Shown: positions 45,956 to 55,469 of the stretch, one piece after another
How positions within the stretch are numbered: the stretch's first letter is position 1
Layout: each line of letters opens with the position of its first letter
Virus record (IMG/VR): IMGVR_UViG_3300023720_000218
Reading direction: 5' to 3' (one strand)
From: a virus
DNA: 64,000 nt
Made by a program: the position numbers and the translations under genes
Notes under the pieces: generated by a model
Told to the model about the DNA's origin: nothing
Databases searched by the model: none
Seen by the model: the letters and a program-made list of their open reading frames with translations, nothing else

Positions 45956-46357
45956 ATGGAATTAAGATTAGACCCTGAAATACCGGTCACACGGGTTGTC
46001 AACGGACATAATGTTTTCAATAAAGGCTATCACCACGGATTAAGAGGAAAAACCTATGAAGAATACTATGGCAAAGAGAGAGCTGTTGAAATAAGAAAAA
46101 GACACAGCGAGGCTTTGAAAGGACATAGATATTGGTCTAATGGAAACGCCCATGCCTTTGCGTGTATCGCAATCACTCCCGAAGGCAAATGGTATAGATT
46201 CGATTCAATAACCCAAGCCGCCCAAAAGCTAAATCTGAATTATGCCACAGTTCGCCGGTATATAAAACGAAAAATCAAGCCCCAAAATGGCTGGCAATGG
46301 TTTTTGGAGAAAGATAATAACTGGATAAAACATATTGATAATGGGAAAATTAAATGA
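45956..46357 (+). CDS. homing-endonuclease-type DNA-binding module protein (NUMOD-like motifs); no nuclease domain seen
   Basis: …GKTYEEYYGKERAVEIRKRHSEALKGHRYWSNG… and a C-terminal …FDSITQAAQKLNLNYATVRRYIKRK, an IENR/NUMOD1-like HTH. Confidence 0.3.
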   Translation: MELRLDPEIPVTRVVNGHNVFNKGYHHGLRGKTYEEYYGKERAVEIRKRHSEALKGHRYWSNGNAHAFACIAITPEGKWYRFDSITQAAQKLNLNYATVRRYIKRKIKPQNGWQWFLEKDNNWIKHIDNGKIK

Positions 46358-46634
46358 GATCGCGCAGAAAGCTTATGAATGTGCCGTAAGACGTGGAAAG
46401 ATTGATCCCGACAATGATAGCAACAACAATCTTCACCGCGATCTGCTTGAAGAAGTTGCCGAAGTCTTTGAGTGTACGGGTGAGAAATCTCCACATATTA
46501 AAGAGTATTTAGATGTAGAAGAAGAACTGGCAGATGTAATCATTGTTGCCCTAAGTACACTACATCATTTCAAATGTGACATTGATTCACTCATTGAAGC
46601 CAAAATGAATTATAATAAAAACAGAATGGATTGA
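46335..46634 (+). CDS. MazG-like nucleotide pyrophosphohydrolase
   Basis: …LLEEVAEVFE…EELADVIIVALS…, an EExxE…EELAD pattern typical of small phage MazG proteins. Confidence 0.5.
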   Translation: MIMGKLNEIAQKAYECAVRRGKIDPDNDSNNNLHRDLLEEVAEVFECTGEKSPHIKEYLDVEEELADVIIVALSTLHHFKCDIDSLIEAKMNYNKNRMD

Positions 46635-46724
46635 TATAGGAACCGGACAATTAATAAAGTTGATTGTTGAGACGTTTGTCCTTATCTTTGCACTACCATG
46701 TGTCTATAAAGATTTCATGAACTT

Positions 46725-47390
46725 ATGGAAAGAAAAATAGGTGATATAAAAGACAAGAAGTTAAAAGCTGAAAATATCACACTGGCAGCAATATATAACA
46801 TATTGTTCACCAATGACATAGTTTGTTCCTTAATTGTAGAAATGTTAAGTGAATTACGTAAATCAAGGCTTTGTCGTTTCCGCGTAAAGCAGCAAGGAAA
46901 TAAACTGGAACAGTTGATGCTTCAATATGAAAAGAAAATCAATAAAATAGCTGGACACCGGGCTTTTTTCATGGCTGATGCTAACCAGTATATTGCAGAT
47001 GAAGTACAACCTGATCTGCTTAAAATGGAATACTCCATTAAACTGGAATTTGACAAATGCCGGATTGAAAACAGTGCCTTACTTGCCAAAGTAGAACTTA
47101 CAAGATGTATGGCAGAGCTTGCTTGTCTATCCCTTGACAAACGGATAGAAGAAGTCCGTCCATACAACAAAGAAGTAACCGGAATAACATATCTCCGGCT
47201 CACTGACACACTTAAAGTATTGGACGAACTTTCTGATATTTTATATAAGGGAGGGTATTGTGACCTCAATCAAAGTGATAATTGCAAAAGGGGGATGGCT
47301 ATCATACAACGAAAACTTACTGATTGTGATATTATCAGCCGTGCAATCAATGAGTCAGACAAGTTAAATCCGGCTGGGGATGATGAATAA
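46725..47390 (+). CDS. hypothetical protein
   Basis: 221-aa ORF. Confidence 0.3.
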   Translation: MERKIGDIKDKKLKAENITLAAIYNILFTNDIVCSLIVEMLSELRKSRLCRFRVKQQGNKLEQLMLQYEKKINKIAGHRAFFMADANQYIADEVQPDLLKMEYSIKLEFDKCRIENSALLAKVELTRCMAELACLSLDKRIEEVRPYNKEVTGITYLRLTDTLKVLDELSDILYKGGYCDLNQSDNCKRGMAIIQRKLTDCDIISRAINESDKLNPAGDDE

Positions 47391-47576
47391 AAATGGCAAA
47401 ATATCGTATAGGAATATCCGAGAATCTATTAGGAGACAAACGCTATCAGTGTCAGATTAAAAGATTTGGCATTTGGTGGAATGATGAAAGTTTCAGCACT
47501 AAAGAAAGAATGTTAGATTATGCCCGTAAACTTGAAAAGGCCGGGCATATAGTGTTTAACTATTTATAAGCGAACA

Positions 47577-47978
47577 ATGAAATTAGAAGGAAAAATTATT
47601 GTGGCACAACCGATACAATCGGGTGTCTCAAAAAATGGTAACAACTGGCAAAGACAAGATTTCGTTTTGGAAATTCCCGGCCAATACCCTAAAAAAGTCG
47701 CTTTTTCAGTAATGAATAGCAATATTCAGAATTTTGGATTAGCAGTCGGGCAAGACGTTGATATTGAAATAGATATTAATGCGAATGAATGGCAAGGAAA
47801 ATGGTTTAACTCCATTACTTGCTGGAAAGCAACACTCCGTAATCCAGGACAGCCTACCGCAGCGCAACAGCCCCAAACTTATTATCAGGGGGCATCATCC
47901 ACCGCGGCACCCGTACAAACTGCCATACCTCAACCGCCAGTGGATTTTGGGGAACAAAAAGACGATTTGCCTTTCTAA
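47577..47978 (+). CDS. DUF3127-like protein
   Basis: MKLEGKIIVAQPIQSGVSKNGNNWQRQDFVLEIPGQYPKKVAFSV… matches the conserved N-terminus of Bacteroidetes DUF3127 proteins, from memory. Confidence 0.35.
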   Translation: MKLEGKIIVAQPIQSGVSKNGNNWQRQDFVLEIPGQYPKKVAFSVMNSNIQNFGLAVGQDVDIEIDINANEWQGKWFNSITCWKATLRNPGQPTAAQQPQTYYQGASSTAAPVQTAIPQPPVDFGEQKDDLPF

Positions 47979-47985
47979 AGAAAAA

Positions 47986-48014
47986 GGAGAAGGGAGCATT
48001 TCGGCTCCCTTCTT
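47986..48014. terminator. bidirectional terminator between convergent plus and minus gene blocks
   Basis: GGAGAAGGGAGC-ATTTC-GGCTCCCTTCTT followed by ATT. Confidence 0.5.
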
Positions 48015-48019
48015 ATTAA

Positions 48020-48583
48020 TTAATGTTCCACCTTTACAATTTCATTATAAACGATTTTGCTTCGTGGGTTATGATTGACTATCGTTTGTTTATACCCCTT
48101 TGTCCCCCATCTCCACCATAGGAACCTGTGTTTATATATCTGACTTATCGCACTTGAAAGACTGTCTCTCGCTTCATAAGTAAATGTGCTGTCAGGAATA
48201 TTTGCATAAAAATCCACCCATTTATCTGAATAATTGAAACAGCTGTCTTTCAGAACAAATACAATACTGTCTTTAGTGACAACTTTTGTGGTTGTGATAT
48301 ATTCGACTTCTTTTGGACGCAGATTCAATTCTTTTATTAGTTTTGCATCCGCACTCCGCAGCTCTTTCAATTCTTCTATGTTAAGCCGTAAAACATGGTT
48401 TTCAACCACATTTAGACTATCCCTAATCTTATATTCTTCAAGCCCAGTACAGAGACTTTTCATATTATCTGAAAGTCGGGCACTTTCCTTCTTCTCTTCC
48501 TGCCACAACCGGTACATCAAAAAGGTTGCCGCAAGGAGTAACACAAAGATTACTCCTATACCTATCTTCAATCTCATAATCAA
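48020..48583 (-). CDS. hypothetical membrane-anchored protein (possibly lysis-associated)
   Basis: N-terminal TM helix (IGIGVIFVLLLAATFLMY), 187 aa. Confidence 0.3.
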   Translation of the reverse strand: MIMRLKIGIGVIFVLLLAATFLMYRLWQEEKKESARLSDNMKSLCTGLEEYKIRDSLNVVENHVLRLNIEELKELRSADAKLIKELNLRPKEVEYITTTKVVTKDSIVFVLKDSCFNYSDKWVDFYANIPDSTFTYEARDSLSSAISQIYKHRFLWWRWGTKGYKQTIVNHNPRSKIVYNEIVKVEH

Positions 48584-49287
48584 TCTGTATATACATTTTT
48601 ACCAACTTCCGCAATAACTACCCATGCACCATTACAGAAACCATATATCTTACCGTCATTCTCCGGCATTTCAGGTATTGTATTAAGTTTTGTTTCATTG
48701 GCAGTGGCTTTGCTAAGAGCTGTTTGAGCTGTACTTTTTGCAGCATCAGCCGTTGTTTGTGCGGTCACGGCCTTTCCATCAGTAACAGCCAACATTCCAG
48801 TCAGAGTTTTTTCATTGGTTACTCCTGCAAGGAAGGTTTCAATTTCATTGAAGGTGTCAATGGCCGTAGTCGCATCAACAGTACCAACCAATTCATCCAA
48901 AGCGGTCTTCACCGCATTTATGGACTGTTCCAGTTGGGACTCTGCCAGTTGAGCACGTCCGCTTTCTGCTAAAATATCCGATTTGCTCGCACTGCTGCTA
49001 CCATCAGAACTTTCCAAAAATGAAGATGAAATAGGAAGTTCATTACATCCTACCATAACATATTGTCCGGCTATCAACCCGTCGACATTCATATCACAGA
49101 ACTCTCCAACCCCAAGTGCTGTTTTGTAAGGTACATAATCCTTTCCATTAGAACTTTTGTACACAACAACTCTGTTGTTTGCTGCATCTCCAAAATTGAT
49201 GCTAATAGCAAATTTCCCAGTAGATAACTGTATAGGTTGGCTTTCGTACCAATCCTCTTCTTTAAGAGTAAAATTCAAGTTTGCCAT
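48580..49287 (-). CDS. hypothetical tail-fibre-associated protein
   Basis: 235 aa with Ala/Thr-rich repeats, in the tail-fibre block. Confidence 0.3.
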   Translation of the reverse strand: MANLNFTLKEEDWYESQPIQLSTGKFAISINFGDAANNRVVVYKSSNGKDYVPYKTALGVGEFCDMNVDGLIAGQYVMVGCNELPISSSFLESSDGSSSASKSDILAESGRAQLAESQLEQSINAVKTALDELVGTVDATTAIDTFNEIETFLAGVTNEKTLTGMLAVTDGKAVTAQTTADAAKSTAQTALSKATANETKLNTIPEMPENDGKIYGFCNGAWVVIAEVGKNVYTD

Positions 49288-49315
49288 ATCTTCTATGTGT
49301 TTATATGTTTGTTTC

Positions 49316-49762
49316 CTATATCAACTCCCAACCTTTCCTTACCTCATCCATGTTTGCAGGAACACCATTCTCAACATAACTCATTGCAGCCACCACCGCA
49401 ATAAGTTGTTCCCGGTTGTTTCTGTTCAGAATTGTATGACGAGATATGCCTGAACGCTTTTCGACTGTGGCAATATACACTTCAGTATTGTTCTCACATG
49501 GCGGTGCCCATCGCATAATAACATCTTCAAGTTCATTGGCCGTGCCGTCTTTGTCAGTATCATACTTATTAAGAATATAAGTTTGAAGAGTTTTAAAAGC
49601 AGCACGATAACCGTATGCCATAGTTTTAAACTGAAAGAAACTTTTATCTGTCTGTGTTGCAGACAACCCCTGCCATTTCGTATTATTTCTCCGTATATTT
49701 AACGGATTATTATTCCGTAGTCCCCGTGTCATTTTTATCCTCCTTTTCTTTTTGTGTTTCAA
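49316..49762 (-). CDS. hypothetical protein (N-terminal basic RNNNPLNIR motif)
   Basis: 148-aa ORF. The motif was not confidently assigned. Confidence 0.25.
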   Translation of the reverse strand: MKHKKKRRIKMTRGLRNNNPLNIRRNNTKWQGLSATQTDKSFFQFKTMAYGYRAAFKTLQTYILNKYDTDKDGTANELEDVIMRWAPPCENNTEVYIATVEKRSGISRHTILNRNNREQLIAVVAAMSYVENGVPANMDEVRKGWELI

Positions 49763-50177
49763 ACAATATTTGTGCGGCCAGTCGTGCTATATCGTCCTTA
49801 TTCTCAATGATTATACTCATGGTCTTTTCCGCTTTCCGAAGCTCGGCCTTTTCCCATGATTTCTCACGTACCGATTTGAACTCACAGAAAACGCAATAAA
49901 CCGCCCATAACATAGCGAATACTGGAAATGGAATGACGATGCAACATATAAGGTCAATCATAACCAGTGTCAGAAACGGATTAAAATATTTCTTCGCTTT
50001 TGTCGCTGTCATTTTGTACTTCTTCGAGGTACGAAGTTCCCCACGCTGTTTGGCCTTCTGAATCCCCGAAATAAAATCTATCCCCATTGCGATTATGATA
50101 GCTGTCATACTTACCGCTATCAAAACCAAATGTAAAAACAAATGGTCGTGAATGAATATTTCAATAATGTCGTTCAT
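49710..50177 (-). CDS. holin-like membrane protein (3 predicted TM helices)
   Basis: Hydrophobic segments LFLHLVLIAVSMTAIIIAMGI, FLTLVMIDLICCIVIPFPVF and AMLWAVYCVF, with a charged C-terminus. Confidence 0.3.
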   Translation of the reverse strand: MNDIIEIFIHDHLFLHLVLIAVSMTAIIIAMGIDFISGIQKAKQRGELRTSKKYKMTATKAKKYFNPFLTLVMIDLICCIVIPFPVFAMLWAVYCVFCEFKSVREKSWEKAELRKAEKTMSIIIENKDDIARLAAQILFETQKEKEDKNDTGTTE

Positions 50178-50470
50178 ATCCTTTTGTGTTTGCGTTTATT
50201 ATTTTTATTCCAATAGTAATTTGTTGATAGCATCAATAAAGGCTGGGGAACATAAACTTGCGTATTCCTTAATCATATTACACTCTTCATCGTTATACTC
50301 AATTTCTCCATTGGAGTTGAATATTTTAAATGCGAGGGCATGAGCCTCTATTCCCCTGCCAAGTTGATAAATGATATTGGCAAAATCCTTCTTGTAGTTC
50401 TCAACGGAACATCTCGTCTTATCAATATCAACAAATATCTCAATTCTTTCAAAATTTATCCTTTTCATAA

Positions 50471-51646
50471 TCACTTCCAATCATTATCATTTGAAGCACC
50501 GAACATCAGTCCTCTTCCCAACCAGTCAGAGTTCGGTGACGGATACATAAAATCCACCAACTGCATACAATGGTGCATGGAACCGCCATTCAATGTTTGC
50601 TTTGTTCCATTCGCGTATATCTGAACATTATTATAATTGTCATTTGCATTAACCACGAATATCCTTTGGGTGACGGCAAGACTCAAAAGATAACGGTAGG
50701 TTACATTCGATGTTATTCTAAATATAACCGTATCAACTGGAAAACCCGAAGTTTCACCGTTATAATCGTATCTTGGCGAATAGCAAGGAACTGTATAATA
50801 AGTTTCGTTATCAGAGGAAGTCCCGGAAGTCAAAGGTATATAAGTACCGGTTTTATCAGCACCTTTTGTGTACACATAGGCATAGGAGCCGTAAACTACC
50901 ATAATGCTTCTTTCCCTTGCGCCAAACACGCCTCTACACCATAAGTCAGAAGTGTAGAAACGTAATGACCGGTTATCCTTAGTACCTTGATGATACATAT
51001 CACCATCAAACCACATTCTTCCATCACTTCCAAAGCTGATTCCTCCAACCGCATCACCAGCAGCATTCACGCAATTCAACCTTGTAAAAGAGCCTGATAC
51101 ACCTTTCAATGTACCTTCAAAAGTGCTGTCACCTGAAATAACCGCACCAGCCGCATAGAGTTTCCCTGCTATACTCACCTTATATGGCGCATCAGTCGGT
51201 GTTGTAGCTCCAACCCATAACGGATAGTCACCACCAACAAGACCTGCTGCAACCGTTTTATTATCGCCCTTCATTATCAAAAGCTGATTACCCTGCATGA
51301 ACCGTAGAATAGCATTTTGAGCCATGATAAGCGGAGTGTACACTGGCACCAAAGAATTAAACTTCTGCCAATAAGTTGTATTTGTCACCGGAATGGAATC
51401 ACTGGACGTATGAGTTTTCAGACATTTATACGCATTAAACGTATTAGCACCGGTAGTCACAATTGCAATATCCAAGTACCGGGTACCGGAAGTCAAAGCC
51501 TCGTCATTGCGATACTCTATGCCTTTAGCCCATTCGGATTGCCGGAGAATACAGCCTTGCAGCCCGTTTTTCCCCGGTTCCCCATTAGTACCGTCAATTC
51601 CATTTTTGGCCTTTCTTCGTATTAATATATGCCCTTGCGCCTCCAT
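50471..51646 (-). CDS. tail fibre protein with N-terminal collagen-like Gly-X-Y repeats
   Basis: …KNGIDGTNGEPGKNGLQG… followed by a beta-rich, Gly/Ser/Thr-rich C-terminal domain. 391 aa. Confidence 0.5.
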   Translation of the reverse strand: MEAQGHILIRRKAKNGIDGTNGEPGKNGLQGCILRQSEWAKGIEYRNDEALTSGTRYLDIAIVTTGANTFNAYKCLKTHTSSDSIPVTNTTYWQKFNSLVPVYTPLIMAQNAILRFMQGNQLLIMKGDNKTVAAGLVGGDYPLWVGATTPTDAPYKVSIAGKLYAAGAVISGDSTFEGTLKGVSGSFTRLNCVNAAGDAVGGISFGSDGRMWFDGDMYHQGTKDNRSLRFYTSDLWCRGVFGARERSIMVVYGSYAYVYTKGADKTGTYIPLTSGTSSDNETYYTVPCYSPRYDYNGETSGFPVDTVIFRITSNVTYRYLLSLAVTQRIFVVNANDNYNNVQIYANGTKQTLNGGSMHHCMQLVDFMYPSPNSDWLGRGLMFGASNDNDWK

Positions 51647-51652
51647 ACCGGA

Positions 51653-52048
51653 TTACTTCAATTTTGCTAATACTTCTTTTGCGATCTCCTTAGCCTTGAT
51701 ACGATAACTCTGATAATCAGTGTATTCTTTCAGATATTCGGCACGCTTACCTTCGTCAAGTTCCGAAGCCATATCACGTGCCATTTCCAAGTTGGCGAAA
51801 ATGGCATCACGTTTATTCGCATCATAACGTTCCATGATAATGGCACTTACAATACTGTCATAATCATGTTCCCCTTCAACATCCACGTTTTCACAGACAT
51901 ACTGGTCTTCAACCACCACATCTTCCGAACCGGCCTTTTGAACAGCTTCTCTTCTCTCAAAGTCGAAGTAAATGCGTAGCAACGCACCTTCAACTACAAA
52001 TTCAATACCAGTCGGCAGTTCTCCTACAAGAGTTCCATAACTTTTCAT
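51653..52048 (-). CDS. hypothetical acidic protein
   Basis: 131 aa. It is not Avd-like (acidic, no basic helical bundle pattern). Confidence 0.3.
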   Translation of the reverse strand: MKSYGTLVGELPTGIEFVVEGALLRIYFDFERREAVQKAGSEDVVVEDQYVCENVDVEGEHDYDSIVSAIIMERYDANKRDAIFANLEMARDMASELDEGKRAEYLKEYTDYQSYRIKAKEIAKEVLAKLK

Positions 52049-52069
52049 AAATTACCTCCATTTTTATAA

Positions 52070-53613
52070 TTATTCTTCAAAATAATAAGCACTCTTCCCG
52101 TCACCTAACGAACGCCGCTTGACAATCACATTTTCCACTGGAAAAATCTTCTGACCGTTATTCTCCGCTTCGCGAGCCTGATCCAACACATCTTTCAGAT
52201 TGTAACAGTTCGTTATGAATTTGCTACGTTGTCCGTTCTGTTCAAAAAGAACACAATATCTACCTTCACCTTGCTTTGTCTTCACATTCGTTTCAAAGTC
52301 CACCACTGTTATAGGGACATTGAGAATATCCATCAATCTTGTCTCTTTTACATCGAAGAACTTCTTTCCGTCCTTTGTTCTACCACTCTGTTTGATACCT
52401 TTATCTGCAAAACTCATATCATTATTTGTTATTGTTCTCCATAAATTCTTACAATCTCCCCACTTACACCAGCCCCAGTATGAAGCTCGTATCTCGCGGT
52501 TACGTTTCCGGCTTTTTATTCGTTTCACCTTTCGGGCAAAGTTCTTTTTCATATTTTTACGCATCCGAACATTATCTTTCGTGAAGCAATAGCCCAAAAA
52601 GTTAATCCTTCTTCCTCTTACTACGTTTTCGCTTTCTATGCTTTTTGTTCCCATTTTTTGTTTCTGTTCCTATCGGAGCAATACAACTGTTTGCTTTAAC
52701 TACCAACCCAACTTTTGCACTTTCCCGTTCATACGCACGAATAAGAAACAACGCTTCGGCCTTAGAACGAGCCAGCATAACATTATCATCGCAATATCTA
52801 TGCAGGCATTTGACACGATATTTCTCCTTCATTGTATGATCTATCCGGCTTGCCGCAAAATTCCCGATAGGTTGGCTTGTAAATGCTCCAATCGGAACAC
52901 CTCTTCTTCCGTTCAACTTCATTCTCCAATACGTCAACTAACTCTGTTCCGCTGTCATACGATAAAACAGCTATCTCGATCAATTTAATAAATCGTTCAT
53001 CTTTGAATTTCCTTCTCAATGCAGCAACAATAAGCTCATGAAGAATACTTTGATAGAACTTTTTGAAATCAGTCTTTACGAACCATTTGTATTCCGGGTA
53101 CCGGTGAAGAAAACGTTTCATTCTCCTTACTCCAAAATGTAATCCCTTTCCCTTGATACACGCACTTGTATCATAAATCAAATTTCTATAAACATCTTCT
53201 TCAATCACCCTCATAATTGCATGGTGCAATATACGCCACGGGAAATATTTCTGTTTGACAATATCTCGAACCTTTCCTGCATCACTTTTTACTCTCATTA
53301 CGCTATAATCCGGTGCCGGAAAATCCAATGTCAGGATCATCAACTGCAAAGCTCGGAGGTCTTCTTCCGGGTGTAGATTATGCCGCCTGATAAAGCGGTT
53401 TTTCTTAACCTTCCCATCTTGTGCTTCTTTGTCCGCTTCACGTAAATTATTTATCTCTGCTATACGTTCAAGAATATACCCGGCTCTTTTAGATTTCTTT
53501 CCACCGTTTGCTTCTATCCGTTTATTGTCAGCCTCTATCCTTTCCGCTATAATTCTATCAATTTCATTATGCGATAGACTCTTCCAATCAATATCACTTC
53601 TTCCAATATTCAC
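52070..53613 (-). CDS. DGR-type reverse transcriptase, reading frame interrupted twice in this sequence (three ORF pieces)
   Basis: Piece 1 (53613-52798) has RT motif 2 (FVKTDFKKFYQSI). Piece 2 (52937-52602) has the DGR-specific GVPIGAFTSQPIGNFAAS (I-G-x-x-x-S-Q in place of QGxxxSP) and YCDD. Piece 3 (52654-52070) has INFLGYCF (thumb). The second break sits at an A6 run (T6 at 52654-52659 on the plus strand); one A fewer restores …IAPIGTETKMGTKSIESENVVRGRRINFLGY…. Confidence 0.7.
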
Positions 53614-53898
53614 TGCTGCTTTGTTTTAAAATTTACACCATACTTCCAATTTTGTCTTGTTCAGACTATTTTAATTATTCCGATAACTGCAAGCTGTTTT
53701 TACTTGCTTGAATAATTCGCCCGGAGCTTTCGAGAACCAACCTACTAACACCGCTTGTTGCCTTTCGCAAATTGGGCAACCTTTCCGCATTCTTGATTTT
53801 CTGACATCGTAACCAATTGATTACTACGTTGCAACGATATAAATCCTGCAAGGTCATGGCTCGGAGAACTCGCAGATTACTCTACGATAAATAAGTAT

Positions 53899-54006
53899 GG
53901 CGAGAGCCGATATTCGCATTCGAGTTCGACCAATCGTTATTCGAGTTCGCATAAGCGAGGCCGCAATTCGCACCGTTATTCGCATTACCGCCCCAAAGAA
54001 CCAGCT
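53899..54006 (-). repeat. DGR template repeat (TR)
   Basis: Read on the minus strand, it carries 12 AAY (Asn) codons: …GGC GGT AAT GCG AAT AAC GGT GCG AAT TGC … AAC TCG AAT AAC GAT TGG TCG AAC TCG AAT GCG AAT ATC GGC TCT CGC CAT AC. It is non-coding and lies between the target gene and the RT. Confidence 0.75.
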
Positions 54007-54129
54007 CTTGTTCCCCTCTGCCAACCGTCCACGCCTTTCGGCTTTCGTCCCGTTATCCGTTGCCGTAAAACGAGAAGGTGGACGGATTTTAATTAATTGA
54101 AATTCAAAGAACTAATATTTCAAAATCTA

Positions 54130-55449
54130 TTATGCAGCCATCAAAGATGCACCGCTAACAAATGTTAAATTCCCAAAATACGCAAGGCGAGAGCCGATAG
54201 TCGCAGTCGAGTGCGACCAATCGTTATGCGAGCGCGCATAAGCGAGGCCGCAATACGCACCGTCATACGCATCACCGCCCCAAAGAACCAGCTGCCCAGT
54301 AGTGTTTGCCCATGAATAATCAGCCCAATAAGAAGTGCTGTTTCCACCAATCTTTTTCGGGAAAATATCAAAATGCTCCCCAAGAATTATTTCCTGCACT
54401 TGACCGGAAACTGTCTGCCGGGTAGCTTGTCTGTATTCACCATTTGGATGCGCAGCTAATTCAGCAGTAGTCGGTAAACGGTTTCCTTTGTAAATGAAAA
54501 TTTCCGTTCCACTTTGAGCACTATTGTTGGAACTACCGCAAAATACTCCTTGCAGAAATTCCCACTGCCACCCATAAGGATCTTCTATACCCATCATGTT
54601 CACCCGTGAACAATCCACTCCAGTATTACTTCCATTCACCACAGAAATAGCTATTTTACCCCAATTGTCACCGAGACTCTTTGTTGCGCCAGTTTGCAAT
54701 GCTGCCGCAGCAGCCCACAAGTCTTTACTGGAGCTACCACCCACACCATAACCAAGTTTGGCTTGAATATTGGTATCTCCGTACTGGGACAGCCCCAACA
54801 TCATAATAAGCTTTCTCTGATCGTAATCGGTCAGTCCCCATTCCTTACCGTTCACTTGTGCAGCATTCCAAAATGCGTTGATTGTCTTGCTGCCTGCCGG
54901 TGCAACTCCTGAACGTGAAACAAGTGCGCTACCTGACATGGAGCCTTTGTATGCACCGATACAGTTATACATTCCACCATTTGCCCCACCAATAAACTCA
55001 CCGCCAATAGGTAGCATCGAGAGCCATAAGACTGGTACACCACTCACACTGTCAGTCTGTACACGATAATACAAACGTGGCCCTATCCACATCACATGCC
55101 CTTTGGTTTCATCCACCGCAGTACCATCAGCAAACACCGCACTATTGGTAGGGGACATTTTAGCAGCCCTTCCATCATTCGTTACGAGATAACGGCCACA
55201 ATACAACTTGTATTCTGTCCATGCGGCTGTATTACCTATCACACCATAGTTCGTGCTACTTTGGGTTGATTGTTTGATTGGAATCCCCCAAGCCACCTGC
55301 CTCAACATTTGTTCGTCACCATTATTAATAGCATTCATGAAGTTTTCCACGGTAATGCGTCTGACACTACCACCAACTTCCACCAATACTGTATTGGAAC
55401 GCAGAATGGAGGTCACCAATGTTTCATTTCCTAATCCTTTAGTTGCCAT
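54130..55449 (-). CDS. DGR target: tail-fibre / receptor-binding-like protein with a C-terminal variable region
   Basis: 439-aa ORF in the tail block. The C-terminus …LVLWGGDAYDGAYCGLAYARSHNDWSHSTATIGSRLAYFGNLTFVSGASLMAA is encoded by VR1. Confidence 0.7.
   Translation of the reverse strand: MATKGLGNETLVTSILRSNTVLVEVGGSVRRITVENFMNAINNGDEQMLRQVAWGIPIKQSTQSSTNYGVIGNTAAWTEYKLYCGRYLVTNDGRAAKMSPTNSAVFADGTAVDETKGHVMWIGPRLYYRVQTDSVSGVPVLWLSMLPIGGEFIGGANGGMYNCIGAYKGSMSGSALVSRSGVAPAGSKTINAFWNAAQVNGKEWGLTDYDQRKLIMMLGLSQYGDTNIQAKLGYGVGGSSSKDLWAAAAALQTGATKSLGDNWGKIAISVVNGSNTGVDCSRVNMMGIEDPYGWQWEFLQGVFCGSSNNSAQSGTEIFIYKGNRLPTTAELAAHPNGEYRQATRQTVSGQVQEIILGEHFDIFPKKIGGNSTSYWADYSWANTTGQLVLWGGDAYDGAYCGLAYARSHNDWSHSTATIGSRLAYFGNLTFVSGASLMAA
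54182..54293 (-). repeat. DGR variable repeat 1 (VR1)
   Basis: It matches the TR over about 110 nt with 10 mismatches, all at positions that are A on the TR coding (minus) strand. It ends 17 codons before the stop with the GC-rich GGCTCTCGCCTTGCG (IMH-like). Confidence 0.75.
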
Positions 55450-55469
55450 AATATTATTTTGTTTTTATG

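Noticed and set aside
53897-54383. Alternative-frame ORFs 53897..54100(+), 54165..54383(-) and, at the remote VR, 37487..37681(+), with Arg-rich translations
   Set aside because: These are open frames created by the TR/VR repeat sequence itself (the same repeat read in other frames), not genes.
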